Notes: generated from the sequence alone by a model not told the origin. A stretch of 56,767 nucleotides of DNA from Basidiobolus meristosporus CBS 931.73 (GCA_002104905.1 MCFE01000574.1:1-56767), one strand, 5' to 3'. Counted from the first letter of the stretch, positions 38,386 to 51,000 are shown. Program-made: numbers and translations.

Positions 38386-41300
38386 AGTTAATAATAGATA
38401 TATCCAGGCATTTCATTCATCTATATACTAGATACAACATCGCATCAGGACAATCTTTTGGCCTTCGATATCTTTGTGGATAGCCCTGTGACCGCTGTTG
38501 ATTGACTAAATTTCTGGTTTGCAGGGTATCTTTTCTTGATTTGTATCTCGATGTATCCGATTGGAATGTGTCTGTTCTTGATATATATCTAGATGCATCC
38601 GATTGGAATGTATCTTTTGGTGATATATATCTAGATTCAATAAGTGGGCACAAGTAATGGCCGATTGGCAGCCATTCGGGAAAATCAGTGCGCGCTGTAA
38701 GCTGATAAGCTGAGCCACCCGGGAGAATCAATGCGTGTTGTAAGCTGATCAGTAGAGCCACCCGGGAGATCTAGTTGTGATGAATTGTACAATCTCAAAA
38801 ATGTGGGATATATACGGTATTCATATAACTTCCTTAATGAATTGCATGTTGAATATGAGATCCTAATTCGACTTCAACCCTGGTTGAAAATAGATACCTC
38901 AATTAAATCACAATGGGCGGGAAATTATTTTTATTCTGGTAAAACTTGCTCAACATAAAATAGCTCCGCTATGGGGTTTTGTAGGAATTATCTGAATTGT
39001 ATCCAGCTCATGGCTGATCCAATCAAAAGGGTTACCAATTTCTGTTTTACTAGATCCATATTCCTAATTGGTCCCATAATCATGCACTCCTACTATAAAT
39101 GGTTGCAATGGCGCTCAAGCGAATCATCAGTGATGCTAATAGAATAAAGGGGATATTCGAGATTGGAATGTACCAATATTCGAAATGTTGGTCTCGTGAA
39201 GCCAACCCTACTTTCCGTCAATGATTGTGGCTTCTTGAGTCCAGGATATTTTTGATCTGGAGAACCAACCATTCGATCACTCCGCCTCTAGAATGACTTG
39301 TTGCTATTGGCCGGCTATATTTGTAAACCTTAAGATCTAATTAATCTAGATACATATACTACCGCGCTTACCTAAATTGTAAACCCGGAGAGGTTAATTA
39401 AGCCTTATTAATAAGATCGGTCTGTGCGTTGAAGGAGGCGGAGGGTCCCCGATTTCTTCAACAAGTAGTATTACCTAGAATATTAGTCACTATGAAGTTC
39501 TTATATCAAGCTCTAGTGGTTTCAGGATAATCATGAGCATTGAAGAAGTTTCTAATCTAATTTTGCTCAGAACTTCTCAAAACATGCCTTTTCCATAAGC
39601 CACAACCCTGCTTAAAAGATCTAGGCCAACCAAGCTCCATCATATGAAGAATAGTGAGCTTTCTCAATAATATTCATCGAATTTCTATATTGATAAAGCT
39701 ACATTACGGGTGATATGAATACTGTTTGCAAAATATGGGACAAAGCCGTTACTGGTGATCAGAACATGCCAATATGATTAAAAAAGCGAAACAAATGTCA
39801 GTATGAATCCGGAAAGACATTTAGCCAGTAAGAAATTACTTCACACACTAGATTTTTATATTTCGTGATCATGATTATGTCATGCAACTATTGATGATCT
39901 ACTTCTATTAACATACTTTCGTTCATGTTAAATGTTGCGTTATACATATAAATTCTGAGAGGCGATGCCCCTCCACTCCGACAATGCGTCCATCTCTTCG
40001 TCGTGCTTGCCTTTGGCGATTATCGTGTCGGAGCTAGTCGAACCTGATTAGGCCATAATCACGTAAAGGACATTAATTTCACAAACGATCTCCTCAATTG
40101 CTAAATCCATTGAAATTCAGATACATTGTAGTTACTCCTACGGGTTCATTTTTGAGTTATCCTATTTAATTGCCACTTTGTTCCTACGTGTGGACTACTA
40201 AATACTCTCTCATATAGCTCCCGGATGACATATGCAAGTGAAGTCGTTGTCAATTTTGATCTCCAACATGCACTGTGGATAGATTATGGTATCAAATCTC
40301 TGCACACACACCATCGATCTGAGCTTAGCCTTTCAGCGATCTATCTGAAGCTATTCAGCTATTACGTGTTGCATTATCCGCACCGGGGAAACTTTTAGAT
40401 CGATTCTGCCAAAATAAAAGCTTACATTCTCAATGGAACACATAGTGATGACTTTATCGACAAAATATGGCAGCATTTCTAAAATATCATATTGGAAACT
40501 TCATAGCCTATAAACGTATGGTTTTCGTAAGTGCAGGTCTTAATTGCTGCTAGAGTTGTTGCTTTGATTACACCAGGGTTTGAGCTACACAAACCTCGAA
40601 GCATGCTTGAGAATTAATGTCAAACAAAGTCGGATATTATCATATGCACCTTGGCCATACTAGATTATTGCTCAGCATTACCAAGATCATTATTTAATCA
40701 CTGAATCGTATAACTGTACTCAATTGTCCACATTATGGTTAAGCTTTCGATACAAATTAGGCGCCTGTTTCTAATTACCCAAAAGATTATATGGTGTTTG
40801 CTCCATCCGTCCCTCGGCAAAATGAGCTTCCCGTTGAACAATTACCAACAAAAGAGATCCTGATTTCACCACTAACAAAAGAGCCATAGCCACCTCTGCA
40901 ATTTCTTAACTAGAAGGGAAGGAGTATGGAACGGCAGATATATAAAGTGAAGATCCTTCTCCAGTAGTAAAGAAACTCTTCAGGGACATCAGAGGGAGAT
41001 AAAAGGAAGGGAAACTCACCAGTTGGCAAACTTTTGATTCTAACTGAATGATATCAAACTGCCTCATAAAATAAAGAAGCCAGCAAGTCCATACCCTGTC
41101 TCAAGGCAAATATAAATACAGGGTCTTCTGTAGCTCTTCAGCAGAATCAAATTCATGCAACTTAAAAAGTGGCGGCTGTTACACTAAATATTGGCAATGT
41201 TACACTCGTTGCGATAGCCATTGTTTGAGTTACCACTGCCAGAGTCACCCATGTCATGCTTACTGATACTGGAATGATCATTACCATTGCTAATGTCGGA

Positions 41301-41657
41301 AGAGTGATCATGATTAGTGAATTCAATGCTAAGGCTCAATGAGAGTACTGGTTTCACTAATGGTTTAAGTAACAGTGATCGCGACTGAGATTAATCAGAA
41401 CATTTTTAGGTTAGTGTACTCATTTCATCTGTGACAGTTGTTATCAATATCGAAATTGGAGTCGACGTCGATGGAATCATATTTAATGCTATTGTGATTG
41501 TACGAATTATCATTAACGGTTCCGTTGCATAACTTTCTGACCACTTTGAGTTTCTTACACAGTAATGCTGTAATCAATGCTGATGTAGGAACAGTTGTTA
41601 TTTCAAGAATACTTTATTTTGGAGTCTCGTTACAACTCGTAGTGTCAGCGTTATTTT

Positions 41658-42548
41658 CTAATTTACAATACTGGAGGTTGTATCCGATACAAGCATATTG
41701 CAAACATTCGAGGCTGTATATCCCGAGTGGCCGCAGACTTTGTTGCTAGGACAACACGACAGATGAGGATTTAGATAGTCACCAGTTGGGCAAACAAAGG
41801 TGTATGGACTGTCTTCGGATTCGCAGTAGTATCCACCGTAATTGCTATTACAAGCGTTCAAAGCGTTTTGGTACACGCTTTCGGGAAAGTCCCCACACCC
41901 TTCTCTAACATCCTCTTTTTTTACGTTGCACCCATTGCTTGTTAGTGAGATGCCCACATGGCCGCATACATCTCCACTATCACAACATTCGGTGTCAACG
42001 CTTGAAGTTGCGGAATTGCAAACTAATTTGAAGGGGCTATATGCCGAAGGGCAGTAGACACCACCACTGCCCATGTCGTTGCAGATGCTTAGAGCACTTT
42101 GTAATTCCTCTTGCGAAGGTTTTGCTGAACAACCTTTCTTGCTGGATCTTGGACTTGAGGTCGGCTCCCAGTATTGTTGGCATAGCTCAGGTATGTTATC
42201 AACATTTACGCCTGGATTGCCATTCATATCACACGGAGTGGAATCCCAAAGTCCCACTTCCAAGTTGGTGTATGTATTTGAGGAGCAACATGTCAGTTGG
42301 GCTGGACTTGCTCCATCACATTCGTAATAGTAGACGCCGTTTGTTACAGGAACCCAGTAGTTAGATGCGCCGGCATTGAGATAGCTATTGAGGCATTGCT
42401 CATTGGCAACTTTTTGCGATGTTTCCATGGAAAAAAATGCAGCTCTATCGTAGTTGACCGTAGGGTGCGCATTTGCGCGTGGTGCACTGCTGGTTGTAAG
42501 TGCTAGCACAAGTGCTGACAATCTCATAAAAGAATTGGTAAACATCAT
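41658..42548 (-). CDS. Secreted Cys-rich protein, 296 aa (copy 6, mosaic)
   Basis: Intact ORF. The N-terminal part is diverged and partly like the long gene (FFSMETSQ, GASNYWVPV, CCSSNTY), while the C-terminal half matches copies 2-5. Confidence 0.92.
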   Translation of the reverse strand: MMFTNSFMRLSALVLALTTSSAPRANAHPTVNYDRAAFFSMETSQKVANEQCLNSYLNAGASNYWVPVTNGVYYYECDGASPAQLTCCSSNTYTNLEVGLWDSTPCDMNGNPGVNVDNIPELCQQYWEPTSSPRSSKKGCSAKPSQEELQSALSICNDMGSGGVYCPSAYSPFKLVCNSATSSVDTECCDSGDVCGHVGISLTSNGCNVKKEDVREGCGDFPESVYQNALNACNSNYGGYYCESEDSPYTFVCPTGDYLNPHLSCCPSNKVCGHSGYTASNVCNMLVSDTTSSIVN

Positions 42549-43512
42549 AGTTAATAGTAGATATTCCTGGGCATTTTATTCATTTATAAACTAGATGCAA
42601 CATCGTATCAGGACAATCTTTTGGCCTTCGATATCTTTGCGGATAGCCCTGTGACCGCTGTTGATTGACTAAATTTCTGGTTTGCAGGGTATCTTTTCTT
42701 GATTTGTATCTCAATGTATCCGATTGGAATGTGTCTGTTCTTGATATAAATCTAGATGCATCTGATTAGAATGTATCTTTTGGGGATATATGTCTAGATT
42801 CAATAATTGGGCACAAGTAAAGGCCGATTGACAGCAATTCGAGAGAATCAGTGCGCGCTGTAAGCTGATAAGCTGAGCCACCCGGGAAAATCCATGCTCT
42901 TTGTAAACAGGATAGTTGAGCCACTCCGTAGAAGCAATGCGCTTTGTGGGCTGATAAGTTGAGCCACCCGGGAGAACTAGTTGTGAACGACAGTGCAACA
43001 ATCTCAAACTGGGGACATATACGGTATTCGTACTGCTTCCCGAAGGAACTCATTATTGAAAACGAGGTCGTAATTCGGCTTCAAACCCGGTTGCTAATAA
43101 ATACCTCAAATAAGTTACCAAGGACCAGTAAATATTCTTATGCAGGTAAAATCGCTAAACCAACTAGAAGGGTCACCAATTTCAGTGTTACTAGATCCAT
43201 ATTCCTAATTAGTCCCGTAATTAATGCACTCCAGCTATAAAGGGATATTATGGCGCTCAAGCAAATCACCAGTAATGCTTATTGAGAACGGGGCTATAGT
43301 CGCGATGGGAATGACCTAATAGTTAAGATGTTGGTCATAGGAAGCTAACCCGTTATTTGTATAATGCTTATGGCTTAACGCATCCTCCTGATTGTTGATC
43401 TGAAAAGCCAAACATTTTATTACTCCGCTTCTTGAGAGATATGGATAAACCATCTGCCTCGTTTACCTAGATTGTAAACCATGTGTAGCTAATTAAGCCT
43501 TAATCAAAAAAT

Positions 43513-44020
43513 GGGTTAGAGGGGAGACAGTCACCAACAGGTGAAATCTTTATTTCAGTTGAAACAAAGAAGCCAGCGCTACTGCTGTAGCTTGGATACA
43601 AGAGTGTGTAGCTGAGGGGAATTTGTAGGTAAGTTAATAAGAAGTGATGATAGTTCTTCAGTGCTCAAGACACTGTTCAGTGGGAAGGGGGGTAGCAAGA
43701 GAGGTAATTTGTAGGTAAGTTAACAAGGAGAGATGATAGCTCTTCAGTGCTCAAGACACTGTTCAGTGGGAAGGGGGGTAGCAAGAGAGGTAAGAATGAT
43801 TTGTGAACAACATAAATAAATGGAAGATGATATGGATTAATATTCATCATAAAGTGAGTGTGCTACTTCAGATATTGCTGCCAAAGGTCTGTCAAGTGCT
43901 TCAGGTAGGCCAGCTTGGGCTTTTCTGACTGCAGAATATAATGAGCAAACTTCTAGACATCTGGATCTCCAAGTATAGTTCTCCAGCAGGAGCCAGGTGT
44001 AGCATGGTGAGTGCTCTTCC
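43513..44020 (-). mobile_element. 5'-truncated non-LTR retrotransposon, family A (3' ~500 bp with an internal duplication)
   Basis: Starts gggttagaggggagacagtcaccaacaggtgaaatc and is homologous to 46727-47140. It has a duplicated segment at ~43700-43790 and is followed by a copia LTR. Confidence 0.88.
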
Positions 44021-46098
44021 TGTTGTAAGAGTCTTGGAGATATTGGAAGTGATTGGGTGGACAAGTCGATTATGTGGTTTTCACTTAATGATATATTGAA
44101 TGTAAAAGTAGTATTTATACTTTTACATGGCCTTGGCATAACAAACACGTAGAATAGACTTAGAAAGGTCCCAAGAACATGTGTGCAAAGTTTGGGGCTG
44201 TTTAGACAACTTTGAGAATTCTGATGATTTGGGTACCTGATATTTTGGTGAAGATATTCCAAGTAAATCCTGACATTGACTTTGGTCACTATTCACTAAG
44301 ATTGGGTAGGAAATGATCTAGGTGACTAAGTTAGGTGAATGCTTAGGTGGAATTACAAGTTTTTACAACACTCCCACTCAACTAAATGTTCATACTGACC
44401 AGTCCTAATTTTGACCTAAGATATTCAAAGCTGTCCCTAGCTAATGGTTTGGTAAATATGTCTGCAGTCATTTCATCAGTAGGACAGTCAACTAATTTAA
44501 GTAAGTTATTCACTAAAGCTTCACATATGAAATGATGTCTAATACCTATGTGCTTAGTTCTGGCATGAAAAGTTGGATTTCTACCTAATTGTACACATGC
44601 TACATTATCTTGAAATAGAGTAATAGGCGTTTTTTGACATAAGCCTAAGTCTTGAAAAAGCTTCTTTAGCCTCATGGCTTCTTTTGTAGCCTCACAGGCT
44701 GCCATATACTCTGCTTCTGTGGTGGAAAGAGCTATGGTAGGTTGTTTTCTAGAATTCCATGAAATTGCTCCTTTACAGTAAAGAAAGGTGTATTGTGTGG
44801 TGGATCTTCTGTCTTCTAAACTTTGTCCCCAAATAGCATCAGTATATCCCACAAGATCCTGTTTGGAATCCTTATAGGTGTACCTTAAGGAGATATCAGC
44901 AGTTCCTTTTAGGTATCTAAATATCTGCTTAACTGTTGCAATATGATCAGATCCATAGATCTGATTATGCTGACTGACAACTCCCACTGAATGCAAGATA
45001 TCTGGACGTGTTCTGAGCATGATACACATCAGACTGCTGGCCATGGATTGATAAGGAAAGTCTGGGCTTTTAGATGGCACCAAGCTCTCCTGAATTAGGT
45101 TACGTTTTGACCAAGTTGTGGTTTGTCTCTGTTGAGGTAGCTGCCGGTTTACAGTCTTCCATTTTGTACTTCTTTAGTATATCTCAAATATACTTGGACT
45201 GGCTTAAGGTGATAGTCTGGGTACTTCTTTCTATGGAGAACTCTATATTTAAGTAGTAACTGAGTTTGCCTAGATTGGACATCTTGAACTCCTTGGATTG
45301 GCTGGTTTTAGTTTCTTCCAATGTTCATAGGTTATTGGCGGCTAAAATAAGATCATCCACATATAGAGCTAATAAAACTGGATTTGCTCTATCTGGCTTA
45401 TAGTATATACTGTAGTCATCATTACTCCTTTTGAAGCTCAAAGATTCCAAATAAGAATCTATTTTGCAATTCCAGGCTCTTGGTGATTGATTGAGTCCAT
45501 ATAGAGATTATTTAAGCTTGCAGACCAAATGGGGGTTATTTTGCTCAACAAACCCATCAGGCTGGTCCATATACACATCCTCATCAGGTTTTCCATTCAA
45601 AAATGCAGCTTTTACATCCATTTGATGTATAAAAAACTTATATTTGGCTATAATAGCCAATATTAATCTGTTGGGATTAAACTTGGCTAACAGTGCAAAG
45701 GTTTCAGTTTAGGCAAGTCCGTTTGTTTCGGAGTATCCTTTGGCTACTAGTCTTTCTTTGTATCTTTCAGTTGTACCATCAGCCTTGTATTTTGTCTTAA
45801 AGAACCATCTGCATCCAATTGATTTTTGGTTGATTTGTAATTTGACTAAGCCCTAAGTTTGATTTTCTATTGGGGCCTTATATTCCTCAGTCATTGCAGA
45901 TCTCCAAAACTTTGTCTGAGGGCTATTTAGGGCCTCTTTCACAGTCTGAGGCTCACCAATATGGACTGAATAGGCATAGACTAAGTTTGTATCCTCATTG
46001 ATATAGTAATTAGGGCTATTTCTTGTCCAATTTGATCTCCGGGCATTTGATATTGAAATGATTACTTCTGGGATATTCCTGGGCACTGATTCTGGCTG
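44021..46098 (-). mobile_element. Truncated Ty1/copia element (3' LTR 44021-44370, PPT, RNase H, RT), same family as 8179-13598
   Basis: ORF 44382-45083 (RNase H, ALSTTEAEY...FTKPLARD) and ORF 45853-46122 closely match copy 1. The sequence stops abruptly at QPESV. Confidence 0.93.
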
Positions 46099-46780
46099 GG
46101 TTATGGGGGAGACAGTAACCAACAGGTGAAATCTTTATTTCAGTTGAAACAAAGAAGCCAGCACTACTGTTGTAGCTTTGATACAAGAGTGTGTAGCTGA
46201 GGGGAATTTGTAGGTAAGTTAATAAGAAGTGATGATAGTTCTTCAGTGCTCAAGACACTGTTCAGTGGGAAGGGGGTAGCAAGAGAGATAAGAATAACTT
46301 GTGCACAACATTAATGAGGGGAATGTGATAAGGATTGATATTCATCATAAAGGGAGTGTGCTGCTGCAGATATTGCTGCCAAAGGTCTGTCAAGTACTTC
46401 AGGTAGACCAGCTTGGGTTTTTCTGACTGCAGAATATAATGAGCAAACTTCTTGACTTCAGGATCTCCCAGTATAGCTCTCCAGCAGGAGCCAGGTGTAG
46501 TGTGGTGTGTTCTTAGGGTTAGGGGTTAGGGGGGAGACAGTCACCAACAGGTGAAATCTTTATTTCAGCTGAAACAAAGAAGCCAGCGCTACTGTTGTAG
46601 CTTTCATACAAGAGTGTGTAGCTGAGGGGAATTTGTAGATAAGTTAATAAGAAGTGATGATAGTTCTTCAGTGCTCAAGACACTGTTCAGTTAGGGGGGA
46701 GACAGTCACCAACAGGGTTAGGGGGGAGACAGTCACCAACTGGTGAAATCTTTATTTCAGTTGAAACAAAGAAGCCAGTG
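46099..46780 (-). mobile_element. Stack of 5'-truncated family-A LINE 3' ends separated by TTAG(n) tracts
   Basis: Units start at 46110, 46534, 46700 and 46727. They are preceded respectively by GGTTATGGGGG, TTAGGGTTAGGGGTTAGGGGG, TTAGGGGGG and GTTAGGGGGG. Confidence 0.9.
46513..46533 (+). repeat. Telomere-like tract TTAGGG-TTAGGGG-TTAGGGGG
   Basis: Read directly between a truncated LINE copy (...gtgtgttc) and the 3' end of the next copy. Confidence 0.85.
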
Positions 46781-48030
46781 CTACTGTTGTAGCTTTGATA
46801 CAAGAGTGTGTAGCTGAGGGGAATTTGCAGGTAAGTTAATAAGAAGTGATGATAGTTCTTCAGTGCTCAAGACACTGTTGAGTGGGAAGGGGGGTAGCAA
46901 GAGAGGTAAGAATGACTTGTGAACAACATTAATGAGGGGAATGTGATAAGGATTGATATTCATCATAAAGGGAGTGTGCTGCTGCAGATATTGCTGCCAA
47001 AGGTCTGTCAAGTACTTCAGGTAGGCCAGCTTGGGTTTTTCTGACTGCAAAATAAATTCAGCAAACTTCTTGACTTCAGGATCTCCAAGTATAGTTCTCC
47101 AGCAGGAGCCAGGTGTTGTGTGGTGTGTTCTCTTCCAGGCCTTAATCAGTGGGTTGGTGCAGTTGTGAAGTCTGAGGTATAATCTGGTTCTAAGGTAGAG
47201 AAGTCTGATCTTATAGGGCATAAACCCAAAAGCACCAAGAATAGCATGTCTGTAGGGGCATTCAGGCAAATGAGGCACCAAGGAGGTAATGCACCATACT
47301 GCAAACTTGTCAAGCTTAGTGCAGTCTCTAGAAGTAAGAGAGAGAAGTGGTAAGCCAAATTCCAGGACAGGGAAGACAAACTGCTTGAGTAGAAGGAGGC
47401 AGCTGGGAGCTGAAGTTGTAGGAGGAGTAACAGCCAGTAGCTGGTGGAGTGCCTGTCTTGCCAGGATAATTCTCTTCTTCAGGTGTGCTCCAGAGTCTAG
47501 TCCAGTAGGAAGGAAAGGAAAGCCAAGATATGTAGCAGAAACCTGAGCAGGTAGAGTGAAGTTCTTCAAGTTGATGGGAGAGCCCAAAGATACTGTCTTT
47601 GCAATGGAAAGCTGGAGATTGTTCTTCTGCAGATACTGGTGGATGGTCTGGGAGTCTTGTTGCACATTGGAGGAGGATATTCTGATGTCATCAGCAAAGA
47701 GAGTAACCAGGCAGTCAGCTGAGAGTCTTGGGAAATCATTCAGGAAGATGGCAAACAGTATAGGACCAAGCACAGAGCCTTGAACCACTCCATTAGGAAC
47801 TGAGAACACAGCTGATTGCTCACTTGGGTGCAGAATTCTTGCTTGTTGATCCAGAAACAAAGACCTGACAAGGAGGGTGAGAGAGGTACTGGAGAAGCAT
47901 TGCAACTTGGACCAAAGCAGATTTCTGTCAACTGAATCAAAGGCCTTAGTAATATCAAACAGAACAGAGGGATACTTGCACTGGAGAGAGTGATCTTGGC
48001 TAAGTATGACTGCATATTCCAAGGAGAGGC
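46781..48030 (-). CDS. Non-LTR reverse transcriptase, C-terminal part (family A), cut at its 5' side by a gypsy LTR
   Basis: Open frame containing FDITKAFDSV, GVVQGSVLGP, LFADD and YLGFPF. The track's N-terminal MLMHN lies in LTR sequence. Confidence 0.9.
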
Positions 48031-51000
48031 TGTTGTGCATCAACATTTAAAACTTAGCCAATTTTACTCCGTTTGAAAATCTAGTACCCTAACTGATTTT
48101 CCCTAACCCAAACATAACAAATCCCAGTTACAGTTTATTTTATCCCACCTCAGAATCTATTTTTAGCTATCACACCTGGTCTATTTTCAAATGGTCATTA
48201 CGGTATCAACCTATCTGCCAAGCCTTCCCAGGTGATTAGTCATCTGAGAACTATCCAACCACGGTGCAGTTGCCAAGACATCAGTTGATTGATGATGAAA
48301 TTTTCATTTATCTTATGCACCTATGAACACCCAAATTTATCTCAATCAATCCAGTCTCTTGGCGCTTACTAAGTCAACTTGATCAGAAAAGTATAAATAA
48401 AGTTTACTGAACCTTTTGGTTTAGTGTGTGTCTCAACAAAATTAAGATTCTGTCTCAGCAAAAATAAGAATCCAACAATTCCGTTCTAGTTTCTATCCAA
48501 GCCTAGTATATCTAGTACTCCAAAGAACACCAAGCATAGCCTGCCTAGCAAACAAATATCATTGCCTTTATAGCCAACCCAGCTATATCCAAGACCAATA
48601 TTAGATCAGAATCTTTCTGCTAATATTTCCACCACTCTCTGACAATTCTAAGATTCTGCACTTAATTGTCCCTTTGGTTCAGTTAAACCATTCAAGAGTT
48701 TTAATACACTTTCTCTTGGATACAACATTTTTTTTGTTGAATTCCATTACATTCAGCCAATTAGAAGATGTCCTCAGCAGCAAGCAATCCAAACCTTTCC
48801 ATGTTGGAAGAGGCCAGAAGAAATCAGGAAGAACTTACTGAACAGCTTGAAAACATCATGCTTGAAAGAAATACCATGATGCTTGAGCACTCAAAGCTTG
48901 CCAAAACAAGATCTGATAATCACTGTAGAGATGAACTCCTTGAAGTTATATCCGGTTACTAAGATGAAATTGGAATAATTAAGGAAGCACTGGAGAATAT
49001 TGCCATAGTAATTGACAGCATTGAAAATCCGCCAAGCCTTGCTCTGCATCAGCCACCAAGAAGTCATGCCTTTGAGTCCTCCAGATCTACATCTCCTTCT
49101 AGACCTGCCCCGGTGGTTGTCCCAAGATCCTTGCCTGCTTATGCTGAAGGCACCAATGCCATCAAGAATCCAACTGAGTTTTTTTACAAGTTTAGTCACG
49201 TCTTAGCTGCACACCAGCTAGACCCTGACACCAACTGGGCTAGACTCCTGCCTCTCTGTCTCACAATGCAAGATGATGACTGGGTTGAAGTGAACATTCC
49301 TTCCAATAGTACGTGGAAAATTGCCCAAAACCTCTTTTGCAGCCATTTTGAAGATCCTCTCAAGAAAGCACATCTGAACTGCGACTTATGGAAAACTAAA
49401 ATGCAAAAAGGTGAATCTGTGCAACACTTCTGTGATAGATTCCAAAGACAAATGAGATTAGCCGGAGTTAGTGATGATAATCCATTGCTTACTGCTCATT
49501 TTCTTTCAAACTTTTCACACCAGCTACAGAGCAATATTGCTATTGTCAAAGCATGTAACCCTGCACGTACCTATGACCAGATCTCAGAGATATGTACACT
49601 GGCAATCACCTTGACTGCAGCTGTTAGCCAGACTTCAGGCAACTCAACCCAATATCCCACAACAGCCGGAAAAGAGACCAGTCATGTGACCAAGAAGCAA
49701 TCAACCGCTACCAAGCACTGTGAGCTTCATGGAAAATGCTATCATACTACCAGTGAATGCAAAGGCATCACCAAGCAGTCAAACAAGTCAGGAAACACCG
49801 CAGAAAAGCAGCAAAACACCAAAACTGATAATCCATATGCTGATGACAAGTGCTTTAAATGTGGAAATATGGGACATAGATCACCTGCCTGTCCTGAGAA
49901 GAACTCCACACCATCAGCCAAAATTACCCAGATCCTTGATGATCATTCAGCCAATGATACAACAAGGTATGAAGAAGCATATAAAGAACTTACAGTTCAA
50001 GATTATCACAACCTCTTTGAGTTTCCGGCTAAAATTGCAACTGTTCAAGAAAAGAAGCAACCAATCACCCAGCTCAAAGCCATAGAAGTGCCACTCACCC
50101 TCAATGGCCAATCATATGTAGCACTACTGGATACTGGATCATCCAACTCTATTGTATCACCCAATGTAGTCAGAGAACTCAATTTGGAGATAGAAAAACG
50201 TCCAGGAAAAATCATTCTTGCAGCTAAGGATCTCTCAGCCCCAAGAATTGGCATTACCAACCCAATCAACATACATTGTGGCTCAGTAACCATAATCCAT
50301 CAGATGGAAGTGATTGACATACCAGATGGACCTCAGGTAGTCATTGGTCTGGACACCTTCAGCAAACTTGGCTTTCACATAGGCGGACTACCAGTTTCCT
50401 ATCCAGGAATCACTAAATCTCAGCCACTCATAATGGATCAAATCCCAGAGATTATCTCATCCCAACCAGAAGAAGAAGAGTTAACCCCAACTTTTCAAGA
50501 ATATTCTCAATCAGTCAAATTGGATATTCAGCCGGCCATAGAGAGAAATCAGGCCATTCCAAGGAACAGCTTCTGCACCATCCCAGAATCCATTGTTACA
50601 CTAGAGACCCCACCTGGTGAGTCAACATGGAGGAGGCAATACCCAATTCCGCATTCATGTCAACACTTAGTTGATGAGATAGTCCAAAAATGGGCTGACA
50701 ATGGAATTATCACTCAAGCCCCTGTCAACACAACATTCAACAGCCCTTTGACGCTTGCACCAAAGAAAGATGCTGATGGAAATCTAACCTTGAAGAGACC
50801 CTTTTTGGACCCCAGACCTCTGAACAAGCTTCTCCAAGATGACAAGTTTCCAATTCCAAGAATCCAAGATATCTTTTCCGCACTATCAGGAGCAAAAGTA
50901 TTCTCCAAGTTGGACTTGAAGGATGCATATCACCGATTCCAGATCCATCCTGATCACCAGCATAAGACTGCCTTAACTTGGAATAATATGCAATGGATGT

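Noticed and set aside
43837-44289. 150-aa ORF as a gene
   Set aside because: It is a chance fusion of copia LTR sequence and an off-frame LINE fragment.
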